The translations under genes were made by a program, and so were the position numbers. From the NCBI GenBank assembly GCA_965233585.1, contig CBDDTI010000295.1, positions 73,421 to 137,420 of the forward strand: 64,000 nt of DNA. Reading direction: 5' to 3'. The notes beneath the pieces are model-generated. The model was not told the DNA's origin, did not search any database, and saw only the letters and a list, made by a program, of their open reading frames with translations. Positions 29,386-38,126 of this stretch are shown piece by piece. Position 1 is the stretch's first letter. Every line of letters begins with the position of its first letter. This DNA is from a bacterium. Its GTDB lineage: Bacteria > SAR324 > NAC60-12.

Positions 29386-30480
29386 ATGAAAAAGTTATCA
29401 CTCCAGCATTTTTCAAAAAGTAGAATGGGTTTTACACCCAGAGTCTGGACTCCTGCCCCTGTTTTCAAAGGGGGTGATGTCCTAGTCAGGAGGAGCAATT
29501 GGTATGTTGCTTTGGTCTTTCTTTTTGTCATCGGCTTTGTCATTGGATGTCTTTCTATTGCCACTCGTATTGACAATGCTGGTAAGGCAAGAGATGTAGA
29601 TCAGTTAGTTGAGTTTATTCAATCCGAAGAAGTTTCAATACCAGACAAAAGAAAAGCTATCAGGTGGTTAGGACGTTATTCGGGGAATGCTGCTGCAGTA
29701 CAGGTATTAGTCGCTTTGAATCCAAGAAATAGAGGCTTAACTTTTGAAGTGGTCAAGGCGTTGGGCAAGCATACAAACTCTGTTGATGCTTTTGAACGAC
29801 TTCAAAGTCATGCTCAAAAGCAAGACAATGCCGATGTCCGAGCTGAAGCTTTCATCCAAATCTCTCTAACAACAGCGGTAGAAAATGATCAGGTTATTGA
29901 AACCTTAAAAACGTCTCAAGAGGATTCAGAAGCAGCAGTCGTCATCACAGGAAGCAGGCTTTTAAGAGAGAGAAATGATTTTTCGGGAGGAAAGAAGGTT
30001 TATGAAATCTTACAAAAGACCAGTTACAGCCCTGTCAAAAAATTAGCTCTCAAAGAGTTACAACATCATAAAAGTAAAGACTATTTACCCTTAATATCTG
30101 AAGAGGTCAATTCCACTGATCCCAAAATCAGAAAATATGCAAGAGTTTATTTGAAAAACATAGGATTAAGTGGAGAAGAAATATCAAAACTGTCTTCAGA
30201 TAGAAGAGATTTACTGAATCAAATTGTGGCACTTGAGAAAACAGTAACTGATCTTGAGGCAAGAATGCGGTCAATGCAAGAAAATCAAAGTAGTCATACC
30301 AATTCTGGAACGGCTACAGAGAGTCAGCAATCTGGAACTAATCAACTTGCTAGTATTGCGACAGAATGTGCCAAGAAACTCGCTGCAGTAAAAGCTTGTG
30401 AAATGTTGACCTGGCCTGCTTCAACAGTTTGTACCAAAACAGCCGAAAGTCAATTCTCCCTCTGCCCAATCTCACCATAG
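29386..30480 (+). CDS. Hypothetical membrane-anchored protein with HEAT/ARM-like helical repeats and a coiled coil
   Basis: 364 aa. GGAG SD. Starts 4 nt after the 28131 gene's stop. One TM segment (WYVALVFLFVIGFVIGCLSIA), then alpha-helical repeats (AIRWLGRYSGNAAAVQVLVAL..) and a coiled coil (LLNQIVALEKTVTDLEARMRSMQ). Confidence 0.55.
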   Translation: MKKLSLQHFSKSRMGFTPRVWTPAPVFKGGDVLVRRSNWYVALVFLFVIGFVIGCLSIATRIDNAGKARDVDQLVEFIQSEEVSIPDKRKAIRWLGRYSGNAAAVQVLVALNPRNRGLTFEVVKALGKHTNSVDAFERLQSHAQKQDNADVRAEAFIQISLTTAVENDQVIETLKTSQEDSEAAVVITGSRLLRERNDFSGGKKVYEILQKTSYSPVKKLALKELQHHKSKDYLPLISEEVNSTDPKIRKYARVYLKNIGLSGEEISKLSSDRRDLLNQIVALEKTVTDLEARMRSMQENQSSHTNSGTATESQQSGTNQLASIATECAKKLAAVKACEMLTWPASTVCTKTAESQFSLCPISP

Positions 30481-30558
30481 GTGAATTATAAGTAACCCCA
30501 GTTGCTAGTCATCAAAAATGAGATAAACTTTTCTCTTTCCTCTATCCCTTGCTTCACT

Positions 30559-30668
30559 CTAAAACTGAGCAGGGGATTTTTCACGCCTGCCATATTTGGT
30601 GAAGTAGGCATCTTCTATTCAGACCACTTTTTGAAGTTTGTTGACGCATTGAATAGTTTTTCAGAATA
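30559..30668 (-). pseudogene. Decayed 3' fragment of a paralogue of gene 32574..32915
   Basis: The minus strand reads ..NKLQKVV*IEDAYFTKYGRREKSPAQF*, against KIQKVVWIEDAYFTKYGRRDKSPAHF* in the intact gene. TGG has become an in-frame TGA. About 35 bp downstream of the stop is also conserved (30525-30558 vs 32540-32573). Confidence 0.65.
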
Positions 30669-30671
30669 AAG

Positions 30672-31532
30672 TTAAAGGTTTTGGATTTGTTGTGGAGAGA
30701 GTCCAGTGATAGATTGAATCAAATCCATCTCCAATCCTTGAGCAAGCATCTTTTGAGCAATGTCAAGTTTCTCTTCTTGTCGTCCCTCTTCTCTTCCTTC
30801 TTCTCTTCCTTCTTGCTTACCTTTCTTCTCACCTAGCTCAATAGAGCTTTTTTGAATGGCAACAAACTCTTTTCTTTTGTGGTGGAGTTCTAACTCTTCA
30901 GATGTCATACCTGCTTCATTGACAATTTCTAAAGCCTTTTGGACAGAAGGATTGAAGGAATCAGGCACAAGATCAAACTCTTCAGCATGCTTGACAAAAT
31001 AAATCCACTGATCTTGGAGTTCCTGTAAGTCTTCAAAGTTTTTTTGAAACTTGGGAAGTTCAATAAAGACCAGTTCAATCTCCCCTGAATATTCAGTAAG
31101 CTGTTCTTTTTCCAATAACCTGAAACAGTTGATAAGTCTATCATTGTTGTCAAACATGACAAAATCCACCACACTGACAGCAATGACAGGCTTGAGCAAG
31201 TGATACTGACTTCCTGTAACCAACTGCATAGAATACTTTTTACAAGCATTGTAGAGGACTCGTTTCTCAAAGCCATCATGGTTGATGACTTGCATCTCAA
31301 TCATCACCTGCTCACCTGTGCTTAATGTGGCTTTGACATCTACATAGCTGTCTTTCATACCTTTGAGCAAAGGCGGATTGTAAGGGTCTTGAATCGTCAA
31401 ATCTTCAATCTTTTCATCATTTTGAAAAGTTAAAATAGAATTGAGGAAGCTGAGCAGAAGGTCTTGGTGCTTGGCATTACCAAAGACCATCTTGAAAGCA
31501 TAATCTGTTTTGACATCTAAAAAACGCATCAC
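30672..31532 (-). CDS. Rpn-family recombination-promoting nuclease / PD-(D/E)XK putative transposase, copy 1
   Basis: 286 aa. N-terminus MRFLDVKTDYAFKMVFGN...LLSFLN, and DSYVDVKA...IEMQV (PD-(D/E)XK core). The C-terminal helical tail (KLDIAQKMLAQGLEMDLIQSITGLS) is typical of YhgA/Rpn-like proteins. Confidence 0.8.
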   Translation of the reverse strand: MMRFLDVKTDYAFKMVFGNAKHQDLLLSFLNSILTFQNDEKIEDLTIQDPYNPPLLKGMKDSYVDVKATLSTGEQVMIEMQVINHDGFEKRVLYNACKKYSMQLVTGSQYHLLKPVIAVSVVDFVMFDNNDRLINCFRLLEKEQLTEYSGEIELVFIELPKFQKNFEDLQELQDQWIYFVKHAEEFDLVPDSFNPSVQKALEIVNEAGMTSEELELHHKRKEFVAIQKSSIELGEKKGKQEGREEGREEGRQEEKLDIAQKMLAQGLEMDLIQSITGLSPQQIQNL

Positions 31533-31560
31533 GTTTCTATGGAAGAGGCAAAAGAGTCCA

Positions 31561-32427
31561 TTATTTAATAAGGTTTTGGATTTGTTGTTGAGAGAGTCCA
31601 GTGATAGATTGAATCAAATCCATCTCCAATCCTTGAGCAAGCATCTTTTGAGCAATGTCAAGTTTCTCTTCTTGTCGCCCTTCTTCTCTTCCCTCTTCTC
31701 TTCCTTCTTGCTTTCCTTTCTTCTCACCTAACTCAATAGAGCTTTTTTGAATGGCAACAAACTCTTTTCTTTTGTGATGGAGTTCTAACTCTTCAGCTGT
31801 CATACCTGCTTCATTGACAATTTCTAAAGCCTTTTGGACAGAAGGATTGAAGGAATCAGGCACAAGATCAAACTCTTCAGCATGCTTGACAAAATAAATC
31901 CACTGATCTTGGAGTTCCTGTAAGTCTTCAAAGTTTTTTTGAAACTTGGGAAGTTCAATAAAGACCAATTCAATCTCCCCTGAATATTCAGTAAGCTGTT
32001 CTTTTTCCAATAACCTGAAACAGTTGATGAGTTTGTCAGTGTTATCAAACATGACAAAATCCACCACACTGACAGCAATGACAGGCTTGAGCAAGTGATA
32101 CTGACTTCCTGTAACCAACTGCATAGAATACTTTTTACAAGCATTGTAGAGGACTCGTTTCTCAAAGCCATCATGGTTGATGACTTGCATCTCAATCATC
32201 ACCTGCTCACCTGTGCTTAATGTGGCTTTGACATCTACATAGCTGTCTTTCATACCTTTGAGCAAAGGCGGATTGTAAGGGTCTTGAATCGTCAAATCTT
32301 CAATCTTTTCATCATTTTGAAAAGTTAAAATAGAATTGAGGAAGCTGAGCAGAAGGTCTTGGTGCTTGGCATTACCAAAGACCATCTTGAAAGCATAATC
32401 TGTTTTGACATCTAAAAAACGCATCAC
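31561..32427 (-). CDS. Rpn-family recombination-promoting nuclease / PD-(D/E)XK putative transposase, copy 2
   Basis: 288 aa. It differs from copy 1 at only a handful of residues (NNDR/NTDK, S/A, C-terminal tail). The tandem unit of about 890 bp includes about 35 bp of 5' leader. Confidence 0.8.
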   Translation of the reverse strand: MMRFLDVKTDYAFKMVFGNAKHQDLLLSFLNSILTFQNDEKIEDLTIQDPYNPPLLKGMKDSYVDVKATLSTGEQVMIEMQVINHDGFEKRVLYNACKKYSMQLVTGSQYHLLKPVIAVSVVDFVMFDNTDKLINCFRLLEKEQLTEYSGEIELVFIELPKFQKNFEDLQELQDQWIYFVKHAEEFDLVPDSFNPSVQKALEIVNEAGMTAEELELHHKRKEFVAIQKSSIELGEKKGKQEGREEGREEGRQEEKLDIAQKMLAQGLEMDLIQSITGLSQQQIQNLIK

Positions 32428-32573
32428 GTTTCTATGGAAGAGGCAAAAGAGTTCATTATTTAGTAGAGAATAGAATCTGTCAAGACTTTGGTGGCTAGAG
32501 AAAGCCTCTTAAAAGACATCAGAAACTCAACCAAACAGGATATTTTTCTCCTGACCCTATCCCTCGCTTCACT

Positions 32574-32915
32574 CTAAAAATGAGCAGGGGATTTGTCCCG
32601 CCTGCCATATTTGGTAAAATAGGCATCTTCTATCCAGACCACTTTCTGAATTTTATTGAGAGTATAGACAATTTTCAGGCAGTCGCAAGAAAGCTCCTCA
32701 ATGTGAACCATTTCATAGCCCCCCATGGACAAAGTATTCGTTTTCGTCAGCAAGCCGACATTTTTATTGACTTGAGGCTCCCACCGATCCACAAAAAGAT
32801 TAATCGCTTCTACTAGCTTTAATACTTCTGGTTTGTGAGATGGCTTTTTGTATTTTTTGAGGATATTCAATTTAAAATCCTCTGAAATTTTAATGGCACT
32901 GTAACTAACTGACAT
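32574..32915 (-). CDS. Hypothetical small protein, possible RelE/ParE-fold toxin-like component
   Basis: 113 aa. Overlaps the upstream ORF by 11 nt. The C-terminal pattern CLKIVYTLNKIQKVVWIEDAYF resembles the ...YRI.Y.....V.I..I beta-strands of RelE/ParE toxins. This is a by-eye judgement only. Confidence 0.45.
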   Translation of the reverse strand: MSVSYSAIKISEDFKLNILKKYKKPSHKPEVLKLVEAINLFVDRWEPQVNKNVGLLTKTNTLSMGGYEMVHIEELSCDCLKIVYTLNKIQKVVWIEDAYFTKYGRRDKSPAHF

Positions 32916-33294
32916 CTGACTCCTCCAATTTTTCTAGTAATTCTTTCACAGTCACTCCCGTCCTTCCCACAGTATTGTCAATAAGATGTATTTTTCTGCA
33001 GAAATCAGGATCTGCATCAAAATATTCTCCTCTTTCTTTTGCGGCTAAATCTTCTTCAAAAGACAAAAGTTCAAAATGTTCTTGTTGCTTGGTTTGACTA
33101 TTCTGACTCAAAGTGCCTCGCAATAAACGCCATTCATGTTTCGTCAACTGATGGTGTTGTTCCTGTGAAACGGGGCTTTTAATTTCAAGACCTGTACACA
33201 ACATGAAAGTGACTTCAGACCCTTCTCCTGTCACACTAACAATTTTGGCAGGACTGATGATCTGTTTTTGTTGAGATTTTTGACAGACTGACAT
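32905..33294 (-). CDS. Hypothetical small protein, possible antitoxin-like partner
   Basis: 129-aa ORF directly upstream of 32574..32915 and overlapping it. An AT-rich promoter-like region lies upstream. I recognise no family. Confidence 0.4.
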   Translation of the reverse strand: MSVCQKSQQKQIISPAKIVSVTGEGSEVTFMLCTGLEIKSPVSQEQHHQLTKHEWRLLRGTLSQNSQTKQQEHFELLSFEEDLAAKERGEYFDADPDFCRKIHLIDNTVGRTGVTVKELLEKLEESDVS

Positions 33295-33478
33295 AGCAAT
33301 TTAACTCCTTGAAAATGATGACGTTAGTTTTGGCTTTGACCTTCTTAAAATGAAAGATGCTTATCCAAAATAAAGTATTAATGATACAAACAAAATTGAT
33401 TTTTGTAAAGAAACATACAAAATATTTTATCAATATCCTATTTTTCCATTCAAAAATCAATCTTTTCTGTTGTTTTTA

Positions 33479-34870
33479 TTACTCTGTGACTAAATCTTCA
33501 GGGTGCTGGCTGGCGGCGCAGCGGAATCCCACGTCATCGTTTGCATTGATGGGAGAGTCATCTCCACGCATGGAAGAACGTAGGTATTCCAAAGGACTAC
33601 TCCATGAACCCCCACGCAACACACGGTATTTGCCATGTTCTGCACCTTGCGGATTTGTCAAACGTCTCGCAGGATACGCCCCGTACCAGTCATACACCCA
33701 CTCCCAGACGTTGCCGTGCATGTCATAAAGCTGATAGCGATTTGGTAATTTATCTGCAATCAGATGAGGTTGCCTGTTTGAGTTTTGGTTATACCAAGCA
33801 TATTCATCTGCACGTTGTTTTTGAAAGCTGTAAGAATCAAGACCTCCTGCACGTGCAACTTTTTCCCATTCTGCTTCTGAAGGCAGTCTTTTATTGATGG
33901 CTTGGCAGTAATACCGTGCGGCATACCACGTGACATAGACAACAGGATAATTACTGCGGTTGATGGGAGAGGTTAAGTCACCCACCCAGTTTTGCAAGTA
34001 GTTTCCGTTGTGAAATTCTTGGGGAAACGAGCTTTTACGCAAGTAAGGGTCTTTGATGAGATATTTGAGATAATCAATATTGCTCACTTCACAGCGGTCA
34101 ATCCAAAACTCATCTAATTCCACAGCATGAGGCACTTTTTCGTCATCTCGCCCATCTGAAGAACCCATGATAAACACACCTTTTGGAATCAAAACCATGC
34201 CTTTTCTGACGGTCATACCCCCTATTTGCCCAGTTGCCACACATGGAGAATTGGGCAGGTCTTCAATGATTGTTTCTACAACCGCTTCCTCAGGAAAAAG
34301 TTTTTTGTCAAGATTGGTCAGAATGTGCCGATACAATTCCCTTAAATTATGCTGATTGCCAACTAGACGACCAATCAAATTGACTTCATACCGTCCACAA
34401 GAAGAACGACTTTTCAGACAACGCAATTTACGATGAATCCATTTTCTCAAAGCCTTTCTAGCCTTCTTCACCTCCACTTCACGCAACAAAAATGCCTCGT
34501 GCCGAAAATAAGTTTTTTCAAAAATGTCTAAGGTAGAAACCCCTTGTTTAGCAGTGTCTATGATGGTGTCATATTTTTGACAGAACTCTTGTTGACTGAC
34601 AGGCACAGGCTTTTGTTGATTGCGTCTCAACGAACAAGATCTGGTGTCTGAACGACTTTTGATTCTCAAAGACTCTTTTAAAATTTCATAACGCATGTTG
34701 GAAATGACGTGCAGCAGCGGATAAGTTTCTCCACGACCTAACGCCTCTACAAATGCTTGGATCGCTTGCTCTGCAAATCGGTCTGAAAGCTCACGGAACA
34801 AGCTCTTTTGCTGTCCATAAACCAAAGATGCCCAAAGCACAAAGGCAATGATTAAAAATGATTGTCTCAC
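33479..34870 (-). CDS. Secreted formylglycine-generating-enzyme (FGE/SUMF1) domain protein
   Basis: 463 aa with a signal peptide. The C-terminal FGE-sulfatase domain has motifs YDMHGNVWEWVYDWY, RVLRGGSWSS and GFRCA. The N-terminal half belongs to no family I recognise. Confidence 0.85.
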   Translation of the reverse strand: MRQSFLIIAFVLWASLVYGQQKSLFRELSDRFAEQAIQAFVEALGRGETYPLLHVISNMRYEILKESLRIKSRSDTRSCSLRRNQQKPVPVSQQEFCQKYDTIIDTAKQGVSTLDIFEKTYFRHEAFLLREVEVKKARKALRKWIHRKLRCLKSRSSCGRYEVNLIGRLVGNQHNLRELYRHILTNLDKKLFPEEAVVETIIEDLPNSPCVATGQIGGMTVRKGMVLIPKGVFIMGSSDGRDDEKVPHAVELDEFWIDRCEVSNIDYLKYLIKDPYLRKSSFPQEFHNGNYLQNWVGDLTSPINRSNYPVVYVTWYAARYYCQAINKRLPSEAEWEKVARAGGLDSYSFQKQRADEYAWYNQNSNRQPHLIADKLPNRYQLYDMHGNVWEWVYDWYGAYPARRLTNPQGAEHGKYRVLRGGSWSSPLEYLRSSMRGDDSPINANDDVGFRCAASQHPEDLVTE

Positions 34871-35544
34871 TTTTGTTGATTCAGTCTTGTCATTAAAGGG
34901 TCTTCTATACCTGCCTCCTCAAAACCTTGTTGACGCAAAAGACAAGAGGGGCAATTCATACAAGGTGGAATCATACCTTGATAGCAAGTGTGGCTGTGAG
35001 CCAACGCCTCCATTGCCCCACATTCTACACCAAGTTTCACAGTACCCGCTTTACTCATGTCCATCAAAGGAGTTTGAATGGAAACAGGAGAGTCCAACCC
35101 AAGAGAAATAGCAGTCTCAAGAGCTTTGATGGTGTCCTCACGGCAATCTGGATAGTTGCCACAATCAGCTTGGCTGACACCTGTGACAATGGTGTTGCAT
35201 TGATTTTGATAAGCAAATGCTGCGGCAAAAGACAAGAAGATTAAATTTCTGGCAGGAACAAAAGTGTTGGGGATTTCACCATCTGCCACAGATTCTGGAA
35301 TGTTCATGGAAGCATCAATCAATGAATTGCCTGACAGCTTTTCAAAGGTATTGATTGGCAAAATGACATGAGGGACTTGAGCCAACCCAGCTACTTTGTT
35401 GGCACAATTCAGCTCAATACGATGCCTTTGCCCATAATCAAAGGTCAATGCTATCACTTCTTCATACTCCCTTTTTGCCCAATAAAGACAAGTTGTAGAG
35501 TCTTGACCCCCTGAAAAAACAACAATCGCTTTTTCCTTTTTCAT
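34867..35544 (-). CDS. queC: 7-cyano-7-deazaguanine synthase
   Basis: 225 aa. SGGQDSTTC PP-loop and a C-terminal Zn-binding cysteine cluster (C..C..C..C in HTCYQGMIPPCMNCPSCLLR). Confidence 0.9.
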   Translation of the reverse strand: MKKEKAIVVFSGGQDSTTCLYWAKREYEEVIALTFDYGQRHRIELNCANKVAGLAQVPHVILPINTFEKLSGNSLIDASMNIPESVADGEIPNTFVPARNLIFLSFAAAFAYQNQCNTIVTGVSQADCGNYPDCREDTIKALETAISLGLDSPVSIQTPLMDMSKAGTVKLGVECGAMEALAHSHTCYQGMIPPCMNCPSCLLRQQGFEEAGIEDPLMTRLNQQK

Positions 35545-35685
35545 AATTTCACTTTAATAAAGTTGATTTCAAATTTTTAAGTCCATTTGTTCCTCACCTC
35601 CCAGCCCGAACTGTCAAATTTTGAACGTGCGAAACAAGCATCTATTTTCTCAAAATTGATTTGATTTGAAAGTATTAGTCTATTT

Positions 35686-36408
35686 TCAAGAAAGCCTTTT
35701 GCCAAGACTGAGGAACACTTTTGAAGGATCTCGCAGGTCTATTTTGGCATGTTGACGATTGGCTTGCTTTAAAATCTGCACTCCCACTTGTTGCAACTGT
35801 TTGATCTTCTTCGGATAATCACCCAAACCAAGAGACACCTCCACGACAGGATAAATGAGTTTGACATTCGTTTGGTCAGAAAGGTCAATCGTGGTGTTTT
35901 GCCACTCTGGAGCATCGTTTTTTAGAGACTTGATAATTTGCTGAATCTTCTGAAAGGTCTTTTTTTGGGGCATTTGCGTTTTTCCACCTTTGACAATGAT
36001 AGGCAAGACACTTGGGTCACCTTTGTCAAGAATGGCAAGAAGTTTTGAGTTTTCATCTAAGACATGAAATTCATCTTGAAACTTCCAAACCACAAAAGGT
36101 TGATTTTCCTCAACAATCACATAGACTCTATCAGGGTAAATTTTCCTGACCACAACTTGTTTGAAAGTGGCGTATTGAAAATGAGACAAAAGTTCTAAAG
36201 GGTTGACATCATTCCAAACGTCTCCTAATTCCAACATTTTTAAAATGTGCTGGGCTGAAAAAGTTTGATTCCCACTTACAGTAACTTGAGCCACAGGTGC
36301 AGGTTCTTTTGTGAAGAGATACCTCATGCCCCCAAACAACATTCCCAAACAAGTGATGGCAACAATCATCATCAACGCCGCATGAATGACCTTGGGCATT
36401 CGTGTCAC
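35686..36408 (-). CDS. ftsQ: Cell division protein FtsQ/DivIB-like (POTRA domain)
   Basis: 240 aa. N-terminal TM segment, then a POTRA-like segment (VTVSGNQTFSAQHILKMLEL). It sits directly downstream of murB with a 4-nt overlap. Confidence 0.7.
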   Translation of the reverse strand: MTRMPKVIHAALMMIVAITCLGMLFGGMRYLFTKEPAPVAQVTVSGNQTFSAQHILKMLELGDVWNDVNPLELLSHFQYATFKQVVVRKIYPDRVYVIVEENQPFVVWKFQDEFHVLDENSKLLAILDKGDPSVLPIIVKGGKTQMPQKKTFQKIQQIIKSLKNDAPEWQNTTIDLSDQTNVKLIYPVVEVSLGLGDYPKKIKQLQQVGVQILKQANRQHAKIDLRDPSKVFLSLGKRLS

Positions 36409-37316
36409 TTTTGCCTCAACACTTTGGCTTCTAACTCCAACTGCACCCCATGTTCTTTCATCACTTTTTCTTGGGACATTTCAATCAATTTTAAAATATC
36501 GCTTGCGGTGGCTTGACCATGATTGACAATGAAGTTTGCATGCTTCTCGCTGATTTGTGCCTGACCGTTAGAGACTCCCTTCAAACCCACTGACTCAATC
36601 AACTGCCCAGCAGGTGCAACTGATGGATTTTTAAAGACAGACCCACAGCTTGGCATTTGTAGGGGTTGTCTGGCTTGCCTGAAGGCAGAATGCTTGTCTA
36701 AAAGAGATTTGACTCGTCTCACTGATGAATGTTGAAGTTGGAACAATGCCCCCGCAATCACCCCTTTCCCAGCCACCGACGAAAAACGATAGCTAAAACT
36801 CAAATCTTCTGCTTTGGACTCGTGATACTTTCCTTGCCAATCTACCCAATCAATCTGTTTGAGGAAAAGGCACGTCTCGCTCCCGTATGCCCCTGCATTC
36901 ATCGCCACTGCACCACCAATCGTTCCGGGAATTGATGCTAAAAACTCAATCCCCCCCTTGTTCCATGAAGAACATCTTTTGACGAATGTTGTATTCAAAA
37001 CTGCTGAACCCGTATAGGCTTCTAGCCCTTCAAGGTTTTTCTTTTCTCTAAAAGACCCAGACAAATGCAAAACCACTCCTTGCCAATAACTCTCTGCTAA
37101 AATCAAGTTGGAACCTCTGCCTAAAACAAAAAATGGAATTTGAAACTCTTGAAGGACAGGTAAAATGACCTGTAAATCTTGCACACAACATGGCTCAATC
37201 AAACACTCTGCAATAGAGTCAAGCCTCAATGTATTGAATCGTTGCAGGGAATAATCCCAGTGGATTAAAGACGGGTCTATCTTTTGGGGCAAGATTTTTT
37301 TCCAACTTAAAGACAT
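36405..37316 (-). CDS. murB: UDP-N-acetylenolpyruvoylglucosamine reductase
   Basis: 303 aa. FAD-binding domain (FFVLGRGSNLI), IPGTIGGAVAMNAGAYG, SCGSVFKNP. Confidence 0.92.
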   Translation of the reverse strand: MSLSWKKILPQKIDPSLIHWDYSLQRFNTLRLDSIAECLIEPCCVQDLQVILPVLQEFQIPFFVLGRGSNLILAESYWQGVVLHLSGSFREKKNLEGLEAYTGSAVLNTTFVKRCSSWNKGGIEFLASIPGTIGGAVAMNAGAYGSETCLFLKQIDWVDWQGKYHESKAEDLSFSYRFSSVAGKGVIAGALFQLQHSSVRRVKSLLDKHSAFRQARQPLQMPSCGSVFKNPSVAPAGQLIESVGLKGVSNGQAQISEKHANFIVNHGQATASDILKLIEMSQEKVMKEHGVQLELEAKVLRQK

Positions 37317-37319
37317 GTT

Positions 37320-37658
37320 TTATTCAACAGAAACTGGAATTTGAGAAAAAATAGAATAAAGCTCTTCAAGGCAATAATATTTGCGAGCTTCAGGATGAAA
37401 GATGTGAAGCATGCACTCATGGTAATCCATGACAACCCATGAGCCTTCAGCAAGCCCTTCAATGGCAGACGCACGATGCCCTTGCTTTTTCATCTCCATT
37501 TCCACACGGTCTGCAATCCCTCTTACATGGGCTTGGGAATGACCTTGACAGACCACAAAATAATCTGTCATCAACGACTTGCCTTGTGTGTCAAAACAAA
37601 TAACCTCTTGTGCCTTAGCCTCAGACAACGTAGAGATGATTTTTTGAGTAAATGTCAT
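37320..37658 (-). CDS. rsfS: Ribosomal silencing factor RsfS (iojap family)
   Basis: 112 aa. DYFVVCQGHSQAHVRGIADRV and WVVMDYHECMLHIFHPEAR.YY.LE.LY are hallmark RsfS blocks. Confidence 0.9.
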   Translation of the reverse strand: MTFTQKIISTLSEAKAQEVICFDTQGKSLMTDYFVVCQGHSQAHVRGIADRVEMEMKKQGHRASAIEGLAEGSWVVMDYHECMLHIFHPEARKYYCLEELYSIFSQIPVSVE

Positions 37659-38126
37659 TTATCCTTTGAAAAAAACTAAATTCTCCAGTGTAGCACGATT
37701 CGGCTTCAAAAGTCGCTCAATGCAAAATTTGTGAAAACAAAAAACTTTTTCCTCTGCTTTGCTAGTATCACAAAACTCATCAATAGCTCTTCGCCTCTCA
37801 ATCATCTTGAATTAGAGGAAGAAATAGATATACACTAATAGCCGATTTTCAAAAAAATGAATGAGGTTGAAAAATCCTCAAGAAAAGCATTTTAAACGAG
37901 CTTGACACCATTCCCACATCACATGCACTTACCCATTGGAGAACTTGTAACAATTCTTATTTTTACGCCATTTTTGATTTAAAAAGTCAAAAATTTCAAG
38001 GAATGATAAGCTACTTACGGGTTCAAGAAGAGGCAGTCATTGGAATAGGGAATGTGATTTTTCAGATTAATCAAATAGGAATGTCAAAAAGCAGCAATTC
38101 ACTTACGAAACCAGAAGGAAAACATT

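Noticed and set aside
30929-32195. 123-aa ORFs nested out of frame in both Rpn genes (30929..31300, 31824..32195)
   Set aside because: They are duplicated only because the host gene is duplicated. The products are low-complexity Ser/Leu-rich with no SD. The Rpn frame has clear family motifs.
34867-35544. queC as part of a 7-deazaguanine DNA-modification (Dpd) or QatABCD-type defence system
   Set aside because: The sequence looks like canonical QueC. None of the partner genes (DpdA-type transglycosylase, QatA/B/D-like ATPase or TatD) is adjacent. The neighbours are an FGE-domain protein and ftsQ.
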